From NCBI GenBank assembly GCA_016199085.1, contig JACQHJ010000009.1, positions 41,667-105,666 of the forward strand: DNA of 64,000 nucleotides, given 5' to 3'. Numbering within the stretch: the first letter of the stretch is position 1; every line of letters starts with the position of its first letter. Made by a program: the position numbers and the translations under genes. Below are positions 17,404 to 25,639 of this stretch, in pieces. The notes beneath the pieces are model-generated. The model was not told where the DNA came from. It was given only the letters and a program-made list of their open reading frames with translations, and ran no database searches. The stretch is from Candidatus Levyibacteriota bacterium. GTDB taxonomy: Bacteria > Patescibacteriota > Microgenomatia > Levybacterales > UBA12049.

Positions 17404-20400
17404 TCAATTAGGCGAAACTACTGGCTGTTTTTCTGGATAGCGGTCTATCTCCCTAAGGCTTCCGTCCTCGTTAAAGACAAATACCCTGTTGGTAAGCGAC
17501 AATCCTGCGCTTTGCAAAGCTGTGTCTACGTTTGGATGAAGGTATACTTTAGCATCCTTGTTTTGGAAAGCAAACCAGACGGCGTCCGAAATACCAACGG
17601 GAAATACCCAAGCGTCACCAACCCTAAGCGGCACATCTACGAAATGAAATTGCACTTCTCCCTTAGACCAGTAATCCGTGTAGAGTGCGTCGATTGAGAT
17701 GAAAAATTTTCTTGCCTTCTCTCCTGCCCCGCTCCAGTCAAAGTATGACTGCTGGATTTGGATTATTTGGAAAAGGGAAAAAACAATTATAATAACCGAG
17801 ACAGCTAAAAGCGCAACTTGCCTGCCTTCTTTTAAGAGAAATTCATAAAGCTTGTTAAGTAGGAATACAAAGATCAAAATTAAACCTAAAGATGCCAAAT
17901 AACTGTATCTTGATGTGATATTGCCAAGACCAAGATAGGGTAAAAGGGAAATAACAAAAAAGAGTCCTCCAAAGACAACTATCTTTCCATCGTTACTATT
18001 AAAAATCTTAATTTTCTTTTTAAATCCGTAGACTAAGGCTGCTAAAGCTACAACTCCAAGTACCACCGGAATTGCCAGATTTGCCCTAAGCACTGCTCTG
18101 AGCGTCTCGTACAAAGGAAGCGCGCTTTGCCCAACTAAAACGAGTGAAACATAACCGAGTAGGTTTCCGGCGAAGTTGAAGGGAAGCATGACAAAATCAT
18201 AGCTATAATCTCCGCTTAGCCAATGACTTTGGGAGACAAAACGAAGTAAAAGATAAATTACAACCGGTACAAAAAGCAACAAATAATCTTTTCTTTTTAC
18301 AACTTCTCTTAAAAAGGACAAAATACCCTCCTTTGCTTTATAGGCAATTATTAGAAGCGGTATTACAATCCCCATCTCGTGAAACATTAGACCTAAAGAA
18401 AGAGAGATTACTGAAAGAATATACAGATACACTTTCTTTTTTTCATCCCACTGTATAAACAGTAGAAGCGATAAAAGAGCAAAAAAGGCTGTAAAAAGAT
18501 GGCCTACCGATGATATCCAAAAGACTGCTTCTGTATAGCCGCTTAAGATTAAAAATAAGAAGGCAGACAAAACAGCAAGTAATTTGCTTTTAAAGACTCT
18601 TTTTGAAAGAAGATAGAAAAGAAAAGAAACACCAAAATGAAGAAACAGTGAAACCGCATGATAGACGGCCTGATTTAACCAAAATACTGATTCCATAACG
18701 TAAAAATAGACTTTTGTTCCGGGCCTAAAGAAGAATCCGTTTGATTGAGTAAAGAAACTTATTATCCTATCAAGGGGAGAACAGTTATTTGTACAGTCAG
18801 CCGCCCACCTAAGCCACGTATAATCGTCTCCCACGAAAAAGTTTGCAAGCATTGGTGAAAATAATAAAACGGCAAATAAAAGAAGATAAACAGCAATAGC
18901 AATATTTGAAGTAGCAACTTTTTTAAGTTCGGCAAATAAATTAACAGATGTTTTTTGATATAACATTAAAATCGCAAGCGTTACGCCGACCAGCATCCAG
19001 AGCACAAAAGCAATCTTTGACGCCTCAAATACATCTATTAAGGTCGCATTTAGAAAAAGCCCTACAGCGCCCCCCACAAATCCCAATACAAAACTTTTCG
19101 CAAGAGGAGATTCAATATCGGCAAATCCTTTCTTTATGTAAATTGCCAGGGATGTAAAAATTGAGAAAAAGGCTATAAAACCAAGTAAACCAATTTCTCC
19201 TAATATTCTTAGGTAATTATTATCAACCGCCAAACTGACAGATCCATAACCACTTCCAATTAGTATGTTTCTGCCAAAGGCGGTAAGAGCCCTTGGCCAT
19301 TCACCCTGGAAACGCGTCGTAAATGAAAGATCATAGGCTGCCGCCCTTTTAACTACGAAATCCCCATGCAGTACAAGTACCTGCGCAGAAAAAGTCGCCT
19401 TAATATCCGGCGGAAGTTCATAATAAAAATTACCAAGTCTTCTTATAACAGGCGAGAGCGCAAGATTTATGTATCCTGTTCCCTGAGGAAGGCTTTCTCC
19501 GGTAGACACATTTGTAGCAAGTACCAGAGGAACTTCTTGCGGTATGAATTCAAAAGGAAGAAGCGCCGAAGCAGAGGACTTCAAAGTTTCCGCATTACCT
19601 GAAATTGCGCCTATTAGCTCTTCTTTGTCTTTGACTCTTTTTTGCAAAACTATTTTATCTTTAAAATAATCCTTTTGAACAAACCTCACGTGGCCAACGG
19701 AATCACCGGTTTTTGCATCAATCACAACATCCACTTCAGAGATGGTACTTTTGAATCGGTCTAAAAGAGACGGCTGGAATGTAATTACCAAAAGTGCAAA
19801 AACAAAAAGCAAAGGAACCGTTAAGAACACAAGTTTTTTCTTTTGAAAAAAGAGGACAATCAAAAGTGAGACGAAAAGCACAAAAAACGAAACTCTTGAG
19901 ACAGTCATATTAAGAAGAATTAATCCTAAAAAGGCAGTTGTTAAAAGGAATATTTTTATAATCCAGTTTTTGAATCCAAAGAAAAGGCTAACGACTATAG
20001 GAATAATTAAGACAAGATAGGCTGCCAGATCATAATGACCGGCAAACGTAGAAGAAACTCTTGAAAGAGAAGAAAGCGTAATGGGAATTCCTTTTGCAAA
20101 TTCTTCGTTCATTGTTAAGTACGCCGGAAGTCCCAGATATTTTTGGCCAAAACCATATCCGATTACAGAAAGTAACGTAAAGACTAAAACTGCAATAATT
20201 ATAGGAAGAAATCTTTTATCCTTCATTCCCTGATAAGCAATAAAAAACAAGCTCATGTATTCGATATGCCTAACCAAGGAGAGAAAGGCGACGTTGGGGA
20301 AGACATTGGCAATGGTTGGAAAAATAAGCAAAACTCCGTGCATTGTCGCTATTGCACCTATTATCCAAAACGTGATTATAGGAATCGTCAATGGAGTTTT

Positions 20401-20601
20401 TAGAGTGATCTTTTGCTTAAGTAACAGAAAAATCCAGGAAAGTAAAACAAAAAAGACGACAAAATCTTCTCCCCTTACGTATACCCAGGTATTTTTAATA
20501 TCAAGGATTGGAATTTTGGGAAAAAGGGGAATGAAGGCAATTAAAAATAATGTCTCCAAAAATAAAATATTATCCCAAATCCATGAAATTATTTTTTTCA
20601 T
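17404..20601 (-). CDS. Fusion of an O-antigen ligase/Wzy_C-like domain and a GT-C (PMT-like) domain
   Basis: N-half: RVSSTF, TVSR, R...W...IGSGYG...DNNYLRILGEIGLLG. C-half: FFVGDDYTWL, FFRP, EAVFWISS, HE, RYSY. Confidence 0.75.
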   Translation of the reverse strand: MKKIISWIWDNILFLETLFLIAFIPLFPKIPILDIKNTWVYVRGEDFVVFFVLLSWIFLLLKQKITLKTPLTIPIITFWIIGAIATMHGVLLIFPTIANVFPNVAFLSLVRHIEYMSLFFIAYQGMKDKRFLPIIIAVLVFTLLSVIGYGFGQKYLGLPAYLTMNEEFAKGIPITLSSLSRVSSTFAGHYDLAAYLVLIIPIVVSLFFGFKNWIIKIFLLTTAFLGLILLNMTVSRVSFFVLFVSLLIVLFFQKKKLVFLTVPLLFVFALLVITFQPSLLDRFKSTISEVDVVIDAKTGDSVGHVRFVQKDYFKDKIVLQKRVKDKEELIGAISGNAETLKSSASALLPFEFIPQEVPLVLATNVSTGESLPQGTGYINLALSPVIRRLGNFYYELPPDIKATFSAQVLVLHGDFVVKRAAAYDLSFTTRFQGEWPRALTAFGRNILIGSGYGSVSLAVDNNYLRILGEIGLLGFIAFFSIFTSLAIYIKKGFADIESPLAKSFVLGFVGGAVGLFLNATLIDVFEASKIAFVLWMLVGVTLAILMLYQKTSVNLFAELKKVATSNIAIAVYLLLFAVLLFSPMLANFFVGDDYTWLRWAADCTNNCSPLDRIISFFTQSNGFFFRPGTKVYFYVMESVFWLNQAVYHAVSLFLHFGVSFLFYLLSKRVFKSKLLAVLSAFLFLILSGYTEAVFWISSVGHLFTAFFALLSLLLFIQWDEKKKVYLYILSVISLSLGLMFHEMGIVIPLLIIAYKAKEGILSFLREVVKRKDYLLLFVPVVIYLLLRFVSQSHWLSGDYSYDFVMLPFNFAGNLLGYVSLVLVGQSALPLYETLRAVLRANLAIPVVLGVVALAALVYGFKKKIKIFNSNDGKIVVFGGLFFVISLLPYLGLGNITSRYSYLASLGLILIFVFLLNKLYEFLLKEGRQVALLAVSVIIIVFSLFQIIQIQQSYFDWSGAGEKARKFFISIDALYTDYWSKGEVQFHFVDVPLRVGDAWVFPVGISDAVWFAFQNKDAKVYLHPNVDTALQSAGLSLTNRVFVFNEDGSLREIDRYPEKQPVVSPN

Positions 20602-20607
20602 AAGGCT

Positions 20608-21171
20608 CTACCTAAACCATGCTGCGCGACCTAATTTATATGTGGGGTTTTTGTTTGCCCTCTCCCCTATCTCCTTTGCAGGAACTCCTCCAACGATCTT
20701 AAATTCTTCAACGTCTTTTGTAACTACTGCTCCTGCTCCAACAACAGCACCTTTTTTAATTGTAACTCCGGGAAGTATTATTGCTCTTGGTCCGACAAAG
20801 ACGTAGTCTTCAATAACTACGGGTTTTTTAATAACGTTTTCTACTCCTGCAAAATTTTCTTCAGCCGTATCATGTTGTGAGTTATAAATCATGACCTCGC
20901 TTGCAATATCGACGTGATTCCCTATTATCAATTTATCTCTTCCGTCTAAAACCGCATTTTCGCCGATTATTGAATCGCTTCCAATTGAAATATTGGGAGG
21001 GTAATAAAATACAGCTCCCATGTGAATTGTCGAGCCGCTTCCAATTTTAATTCCCCACAATCTGTAAAAAAATCGTCTTATGTGATGCGACGGGATGTAA
21101 CCGGCCAATCTAAGCTTTGCGACAACAAATTCCCAAAAAACTGTTTTTAGCCTTCTATAAATTCTTTTCAT
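20608..21171 (-). CDS. Hexapeptide-repeat sugar O-acyltransferase
   Basis: LbH repeats; PVVIEDYVFVG..AIILPGVTI..GAVVGAGAVVTKDV...GGVPAK. Confidence 0.9.
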   Translation of the reverse strand: MKRIYRRLKTVFWEFVVAKLRLAGYIPSHHIRRFFYRLWGIKIGSGSTIHMGAVFYYPPNISIGSDSIIGENAVLDGRDKLIIGNHVDIASEVMIYNSQHDTAEENFAGVENVIKKPVVIEDYVFVGPRAIILPGVTIKKGAVVGAGAVVTKDVEEFKIVGGVPAKEIGERANKNPTYKLGRAAWFR

Positions 21172-22277
21172 TTATTACTTGCCAATTCTTCTAAAACCTT
21201 AAGTGTTTCTTTGGCTGTTTTCTCCCAGGAAAACTTCTTTATTTGATTATAGCCTTTTTCTATCATCTCTTGCCTAAGACTTGGGTTCTTTATTACTTTT
21301 TCAATTTTTTCCTTGATGTCATCACTATTGTTAGGGTCAAAATAGATTGCCGCGTCTCCCCCTGCTTCGGGAAGGCTTGAGACGTTACTTGTCAGTACCG
21401 GACATCCGTGCTTCATTGCTTCCAAAACCGGCAAACCAAATCCTTCATATAATGAAGGCAAAACAAAACAGAGAGCGTTTTTGTAAAGTGAGGGAAGATC
21501 GTCATCTTCAACAAAATCTAGGAATTTAACTCTTTCTCCAACACCAAGTCTGCCAGGCGCAGATAATATATCTTCGTAAAGCCATCCTTTTTTACCGACA
21601 ACAACGAGTATTAAATTCTCCTTCTCAATTTTAGAAAACGCTTCTATAAGCTTTACGATGTTTTTTCTAGGCTGCAGAGTTCCTACAAAAAGGATATAGT
21701 TTTTATCAATTCCGAATTTTTTCCTTAAATCATCCATTGATAATATTCTAACACTAGTTGGCTTTTTTATTCCAGGATAAGTAACAACTATTTTTCCCTC
21801 GTCAACGCCGTATACATCGATTATATCACTCTTACTAAACTGGCTAATCGTAAAAATTTTGCTTGCATTTTTAACAGAATATTTCGTCCAATTAGTAAGC
21901 TGGTAGAGATCTTTTTTGGCAAAAAGGATTGGGAAATGAATAAATGAAAGGTCCATTATCGAAATTACTGTTGGTATTGGAGAAAACCTTGGTGCGTAAT
22001 GAGTCGGAGTGAAAAATATATCAGGTCGCTTGCCTAGAAAAAGGTTTAAAGGAAGACCAAATTGAGTCCACATTTTCTTTGGACCAACTGTGCGATACCT
22101 GAGGTTTGAGTTTGGGGGAGGCATTTCACTTCGTGGGTTTTCTTTTAAGAATATTTCAAATTTAACTTTTCGCTCATCTTGAATTTTAGCAAACTCCAAT
22201 AAAAGTTCGTATGCGTATTCACCTATTCCCACCTTTTTTTCTACATTTGCTTCATTTCCGTCAATTCCTATTACCAT
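21168..22277 (-). CDS. GT4 glycosyltransferase (MtfB-like)
   Basis: VGTLQPRKN, PSLYEGFGLPVLEAM, SSLPE. Confidence 0.92.
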   Translation of the reverse strand: MVIGIDGNEANVEKKVGIGEYAYELLLEFAKIQDERKVKFEIFLKENPRSEMPPPNSNLRYRTVGPKKMWTQFGLPLNLFLGKRPDIFFTPTHYAPRFSPIPTVISIMDLSFIHFPILFAKKDLYQLTNWTKYSVKNASKIFTISQFSKSDIIDVYGVDEGKIVVTYPGIKKPTSVRILSMDDLRKKFGIDKNYILFVGTLQPRKNIVKLIEAFSKIEKENLILVVVGKKGWLYEDILSAPGRLGVGERVKFLDFVEDDDLPSLYKNALCFVLPSLYEGFGLPVLEAMKHGCPVLTSNVSSLPEAGGDAAIYFDPNNSDDIKEKIEKVIKNPSLRQEMIEKGYNQIKKFSWEKTAKETLKVLEELASNK

Positions 22278-22281
22278 ATTT

Positions 22282-23256
22282 TTATTTTATCCTATACATT
22301 GCCCCTCTGGTAGTTCCAAGTTTTATTATATATCCTTCTTTTTCAAGTTTTTTTAAATCATATCTAATCATACGACTTGAGACCTTATAAAATCTTCTGC
22401 TAATAAAATCCAGGGAAACAACTTCATGATCCCTTATAATATCTAGTATCTCTTTTCTTCTCGGAAGTAGCAAATCTTCCCTTTTGTATTCCTTAACGCT
22501 TAACTCTTCTAAGGTTTTTTGAATCTGGGCCTCAAGTAATTCAAGCATGAATTCAATAAATGAAGTTGTGTCACTCTTATCCAAATAGGCGTAGTACTCT
22601 TCTTTTCTTTCATTGAGAATTTCCTCTATGGAAATAAGACCGTTAAATGAATATCCGCTTTTAAGTAAAATTGCCTGGAGTAAAAGCCTACCAACTCTTC
22701 CATTTCCATCTAAGAAAGGATGAATTTTCTCAAAAGAAATGTGGGATGCAAATGCTTTAATAAGAGCATTCTCGCTGTCTTTTTGATTAATGTAGACAAT
22801 CAATTGCAAAAGTAACTCGGAAAGTTTTGATGGAGGAGGAGGAATATATACCGGAAAACCTGATTGGTTATATATGGCACTAGGCTCCCTTCTTGTCATG
22901 CCTAAACTATCAGTTAGGCTTTTCATAACAATTCTATGGAGATCTAGGATAAAATCTATATCAATATTGTCTTTTTTTCCCTGGATAAAGGAAAAAGCGG
23001 ATAAAATATTCTCAATCTCAATCCTTTCTCTAAACTTCGGATTAAACCTGTTCAAATTATCTATATCAGACAGTTCAAGACTATTACCTTCTATTTTTGC
23101 GGAAAACAATGAACTCTTTAAAAGGGATTTTCTCTGTAGGTTAACTCTTAAGTTTTCGGGGATTTGTATTTTCTCAAGAGCTGCTCTTTTAACTTCAATG
23201 CTGGCTATGAGCCTTAGTATATCCTGAGTTAAGTCATACTTAAGTGGAATTTCCAT
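22282..23256 (-). CDS. Fic-domain protein with N-terminal autoinhibitory motif and C-terminal (DeoR-like) HTH
   Basis: HPFLDGNGRVGR active site; SAKIEGN matches (S/T)xxxE(G/N); C-terminus RRKEILDII...VSSRMIRYDLKKLEKEGYI...G...Y. Confidence 0.9.
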   Translation of the reverse strand: MEIPLKYDLTQDILRLIASIEVKRAALEKIQIPENLRVNLQRKSLLKSSLFSAKIEGNSLELSDIDNLNRFNPKFRERIEIENILSAFSFIQGKKDNIDIDFILDLHRIVMKSLTDSLGMTRREPSAIYNQSGFPVYIPPPPSKLSELLLQLIVYINQKDSENALIKAFASHISFEKIHPFLDGNGRVGRLLLQAILLKSGYSFNGLISIEEILNERKEEYYAYLDKSDTTSFIEFMLELLEAQIQKTLEELSVKEYKREDLLLPRRKEILDIIRDHEVVSLDFISRRFYKVSSRMIRYDLKKLEKEGYIIKLGTTRGAMYRIK

Positions 23257-23300
23257 ATCTTACCAAATATTACCAGATATTTCCGAATATTTCCAGATTA
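23251..23300 (-). repeat. Five tandem degenerate 10-bp direct repeats over the fic leader and start codon
   Basis: Minus strand: taatctggaa atattcggaa atatctggta atatttggta agatATGgaa. Confidence 0.85.
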
Positions 23301-23315
23301 AGCATATTGAGGCTA

Positions 23316-23879
23316 TTATACTCCTACGTTTATCACTTCGAGTTTTTTCTCATTAATACCCAGTATTTCAATTGCATCTTTTTTAGTAGCTTCCGAAATA
23401 CAAAGTATTCTATCCGTTTCTTTTCTTACCCACTTTAGTTTTCTCTTTTGCGATGAAACGATATTTGGAGAAATAATGAACCTAAAAGGATTAAAGCTCG
23501 TTTGATTATGAGATTCTTCGGGATACTTATACACTATTAAATCATAAAGTATTGTTACCTTTTTGGCATGTTTAGTTGGAGGCTCTGTCCAATCCGAAGA
23601 AATATATATATCTACGTTTCCAATAAAATTTTCAATTGGAAATACGTGCAACCTATTCCACATAATATCCAAGATGGTTGGGGGAATTTTAAATTTCTTA
23701 ATTGATACGTTTGGATTTTCTATATTTAACTCTGGGAGTTTGCCCCTTAGTGAGGAGTAAAAAAGAATATACTGATTCTTTTTATCAATTTCAAATAGAT
23801 AGGAAAGCAAACTTTTTAAATAATTAGAAACTCCTGTGTTTTTGTAAGTTAGTTGAGAAATATCAATTCCTATTATCAT
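23316..23879 (-). CDS. GT4 N-terminal (acceptor-binding) domain only
   Basis: IGIDIS..TGVSNY, TILYDL, ISEATKKD; ends at VINVGV, the interdomain linker; no ExxxxxxxE domain follows. Confidence 0.7.
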   Translation of the reverse strand: MIIGIDISQLTYKNTGVSNYLKSLLSYLFEIDKKNQYILFYSSLRGKLPELNIENPNVSIKKFKIPPTILDIMWNRLHVFPIENFIGNVDIYISSDWTEPPTKHAKKVTILYDLIVYKYPEESHNQTSFNPFRFIISPNIVSSQKRKLKWVRKETDRILCISEATKKDAIEILGINEKKLEVINVGV

Positions 23880-23887
23880 GCGCTTTA

Positions 23888-23927
23888 ATTATATTAGTTT
23901 GATAAAGCTATATCAATTAGGTATAAT
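23888..23927. promoter_or_regulatory. Symmetric back-to-back sigma70 promoters (TTGATA-N17-TATAAT on both strands)
   Basis: Plus: -35 23899-23904, -10 23922-23927. Minus: -35 23911-23916, -10 23888-23893. Each -10 is 8 nt from an ATG. Confidence 0.75.
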
Positions 23928-23935
23928 TCGAGCTT

Positions 23936-24886
23936 ATGAATATTAGAGAAAGAAGCACAGGGAGCGAAGGAGGCGTGGCTACGCCACGAATCGATGTAGA
24001 TGCTTTCATCGCAAAGTACGGGGTAGATAACGAATTAACTAGGGAAGTTTTACATGAATTTCCCACATTATGTTATTTATTGGGAAATACAACTGATACA
24101 CCTCAAGCCATGGACTCAAGACCAGACGGAGTTGCGAGGCGTATATTTTTCCTTACAGAAGGCTCTGGCATGTTCGGCCTTAGTCAACCTGAGGACGCAA
24201 TGAGATGGAGAGGAATTTTTAATCATGTTATGGGAACAACCCGTCAAGTTTACTATTTAGGCCAAAGACTGATGGAAATTGGCGAAGGCGGTAGAGCTGA
24301 ACTTGGTAGTCATGGTTTCGATGCTGGAACTTTTGATGAGATAGATCCTGAACTTATGCGAAGATTCTTCCTTGTTTCTCACGCAGGGCGAAGAAGAGCT
24401 GATGAGCGTGCATGGCATGGTCTTAATGACGGTGTACACATAGAAGATGATATTGGAGAAGCCTCACTTGAATTCTTAACATCCCAAGACGCAGAACAGG
24501 GAATTATCGATTTGATGAGGGTTGAAGCTCACTCAGATCTTCTTGATACCGCTATGACCTTAGGATATTTCCCAAACATTGTAGATAACGTTCTTACCTA
24601 TACCGATTGGACATATGGTCAACGACCTCAAACACTACAGTCTCGATTTGAAGGATTACGAAAAAGCCAAAGACAGCCAGTAGAAGTATTGGATGCACTT
24701 GAGAGAGCGGGAAATCACTTTGAACAGGCTATCGTTTCCGTTTTGGGAATAGATACGCCTACAAGAATGGCGAATGCCTCTTATGATTGGGAGGAAAGAA
24801 TTAGAAGAGCTTATTGTGCCCCCTCAGGCATTTCTATTGCCCACGCATTCCCTGATTATAGCGCTCAGTTTGGAATTACAGCTTAA
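23936..24886 (+). CDS. Hypothetical protein with divergent HD-domain-like fold
   Basis: FNHV, FFLVSHAGRR in place of LLHDxGK, H, AH, VLTYTDW, TLQSRFEGL (compare VSLEERFEDL of HDIG-type proteins). Confidence 0.55.
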   Translation: MNIRERSTGSEGGVATPRIDVDAFIAKYGVDNELTREVLHEFPTLCYLLGNTTDTPQAMDSRPDGVARRIFFLTEGSGMFGLSQPEDAMRWRGIFNHVMGTTRQVYYLGQRLMEIGEGGRAELGSHGFDAGTFDEIDPELMRRFFLVSHAGRRRADERAWHGLNDGVHIEDDIGEASLEFLTSQDAEQGIIDLMRVEAHSDLLDTAMTLGYFPNIVDNVLTYTDWTYGQRPQTLQSRFEGLRKSQRQPVEVLDALERAGNHFEQAIVSVLGIDTPTRMANASYDWEERIRRAYCAPSGISIAHAFPDYSAQFGITA

Positions 24887-24891
24887 TCTAC

Positions 24892-25539
24892 CTATCTTCC
24901 TACAGGGAAAGTAAACAGAGGCTTTGGACAAGTACCATATGGCGCAAATGGAGCTAAGGCTATTGCACTAGGGCTAAATTGAATGGGTTCTTGCGGCAGG
25001 ATCTCTATTGCTTCCCTTGCTAGTTTACGATCTTGCAAATAACCTAGTGTGACGTGTGGAGTATAGTCCTCTCCTACAAAAATCTGACCCCATCTTCTAA
25101 CGTTTGCCTTTAATCGTGGACTAAGTCCCCTTAGTCTTGCCACAACGTCACTTACGTGTCCTTCTCTTTGCTCATTTAGTGCTGCAAATACCGTATCGTG
25201 TAAATTTTGGATTGCCCTATCTTTTACCACATTAAAGAAAAGAAATCCCGAAAATTCTGAATATCCTTCCAGGATAACATCCATTCCTTCTAGGGATCCT
25301 GCAATATTTCTTACTGTTTCCTCAACCTTATCTTGGTTTCGTAAGGGATATCTTGCGGGGTATAAAGATAAATGAGGAAGATGGAATTCTCTATCTAAAG
25401 TAAAAGCGGTTGGGAAATGTTTTCCCAATAACGTACTTAGGGCAATAAGCTTATCTGTCGTCACTTCATCGGGAAGTAAAACAACGTTAAGATCAACAGT
25501 TGGCTCTTTTCCTTCCTTTTCTCTATCTTTTGTGCTCAT
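24892..25539 (-). CDS. 2H-phosphoesterase superfamily protein (2'-5' RNA ligase-like)
   Basis: Two Hx(S/T) motifs: PHLSL and PHVTL. Confidence 0.8.
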   Translation of the reverse strand: MSTKDREKEGKEPTVDLNVVLLPDEVTTDKLIALSTLLGKHFPTAFTLDREFHLPHLSLYPARYPLRNQDKVEETVRNIAGSLEGMDVILEGYSEFSGFLFFNVVKDRAIQNLHDTVFAALNEQREGHVSDVVARLRGLSPRLKANVRRWGQIFVGEDYTPHVTLGYLQDRKLAREAIEILPQEPIQFSPSAIALAPFAPYGTCPKPLFTFPVGR

Positions 25540-25639
25540 AATTAAAAAGTTCTTGTATTCTTATATAACTCATCATTTTTGTTGGCTTCAGAAAGGGATT
25601 CTATCAACAAATTAGACTTGAATGCAAGTAAGATAATGA

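Noticed and set aside
23251-23300. Repeat array as a CRISPR array or replication iterons
   Set aside because: The units are 10 bp, contiguous and have no spacers; no cas or rep gene is present. Kept as an operator-like array instead.
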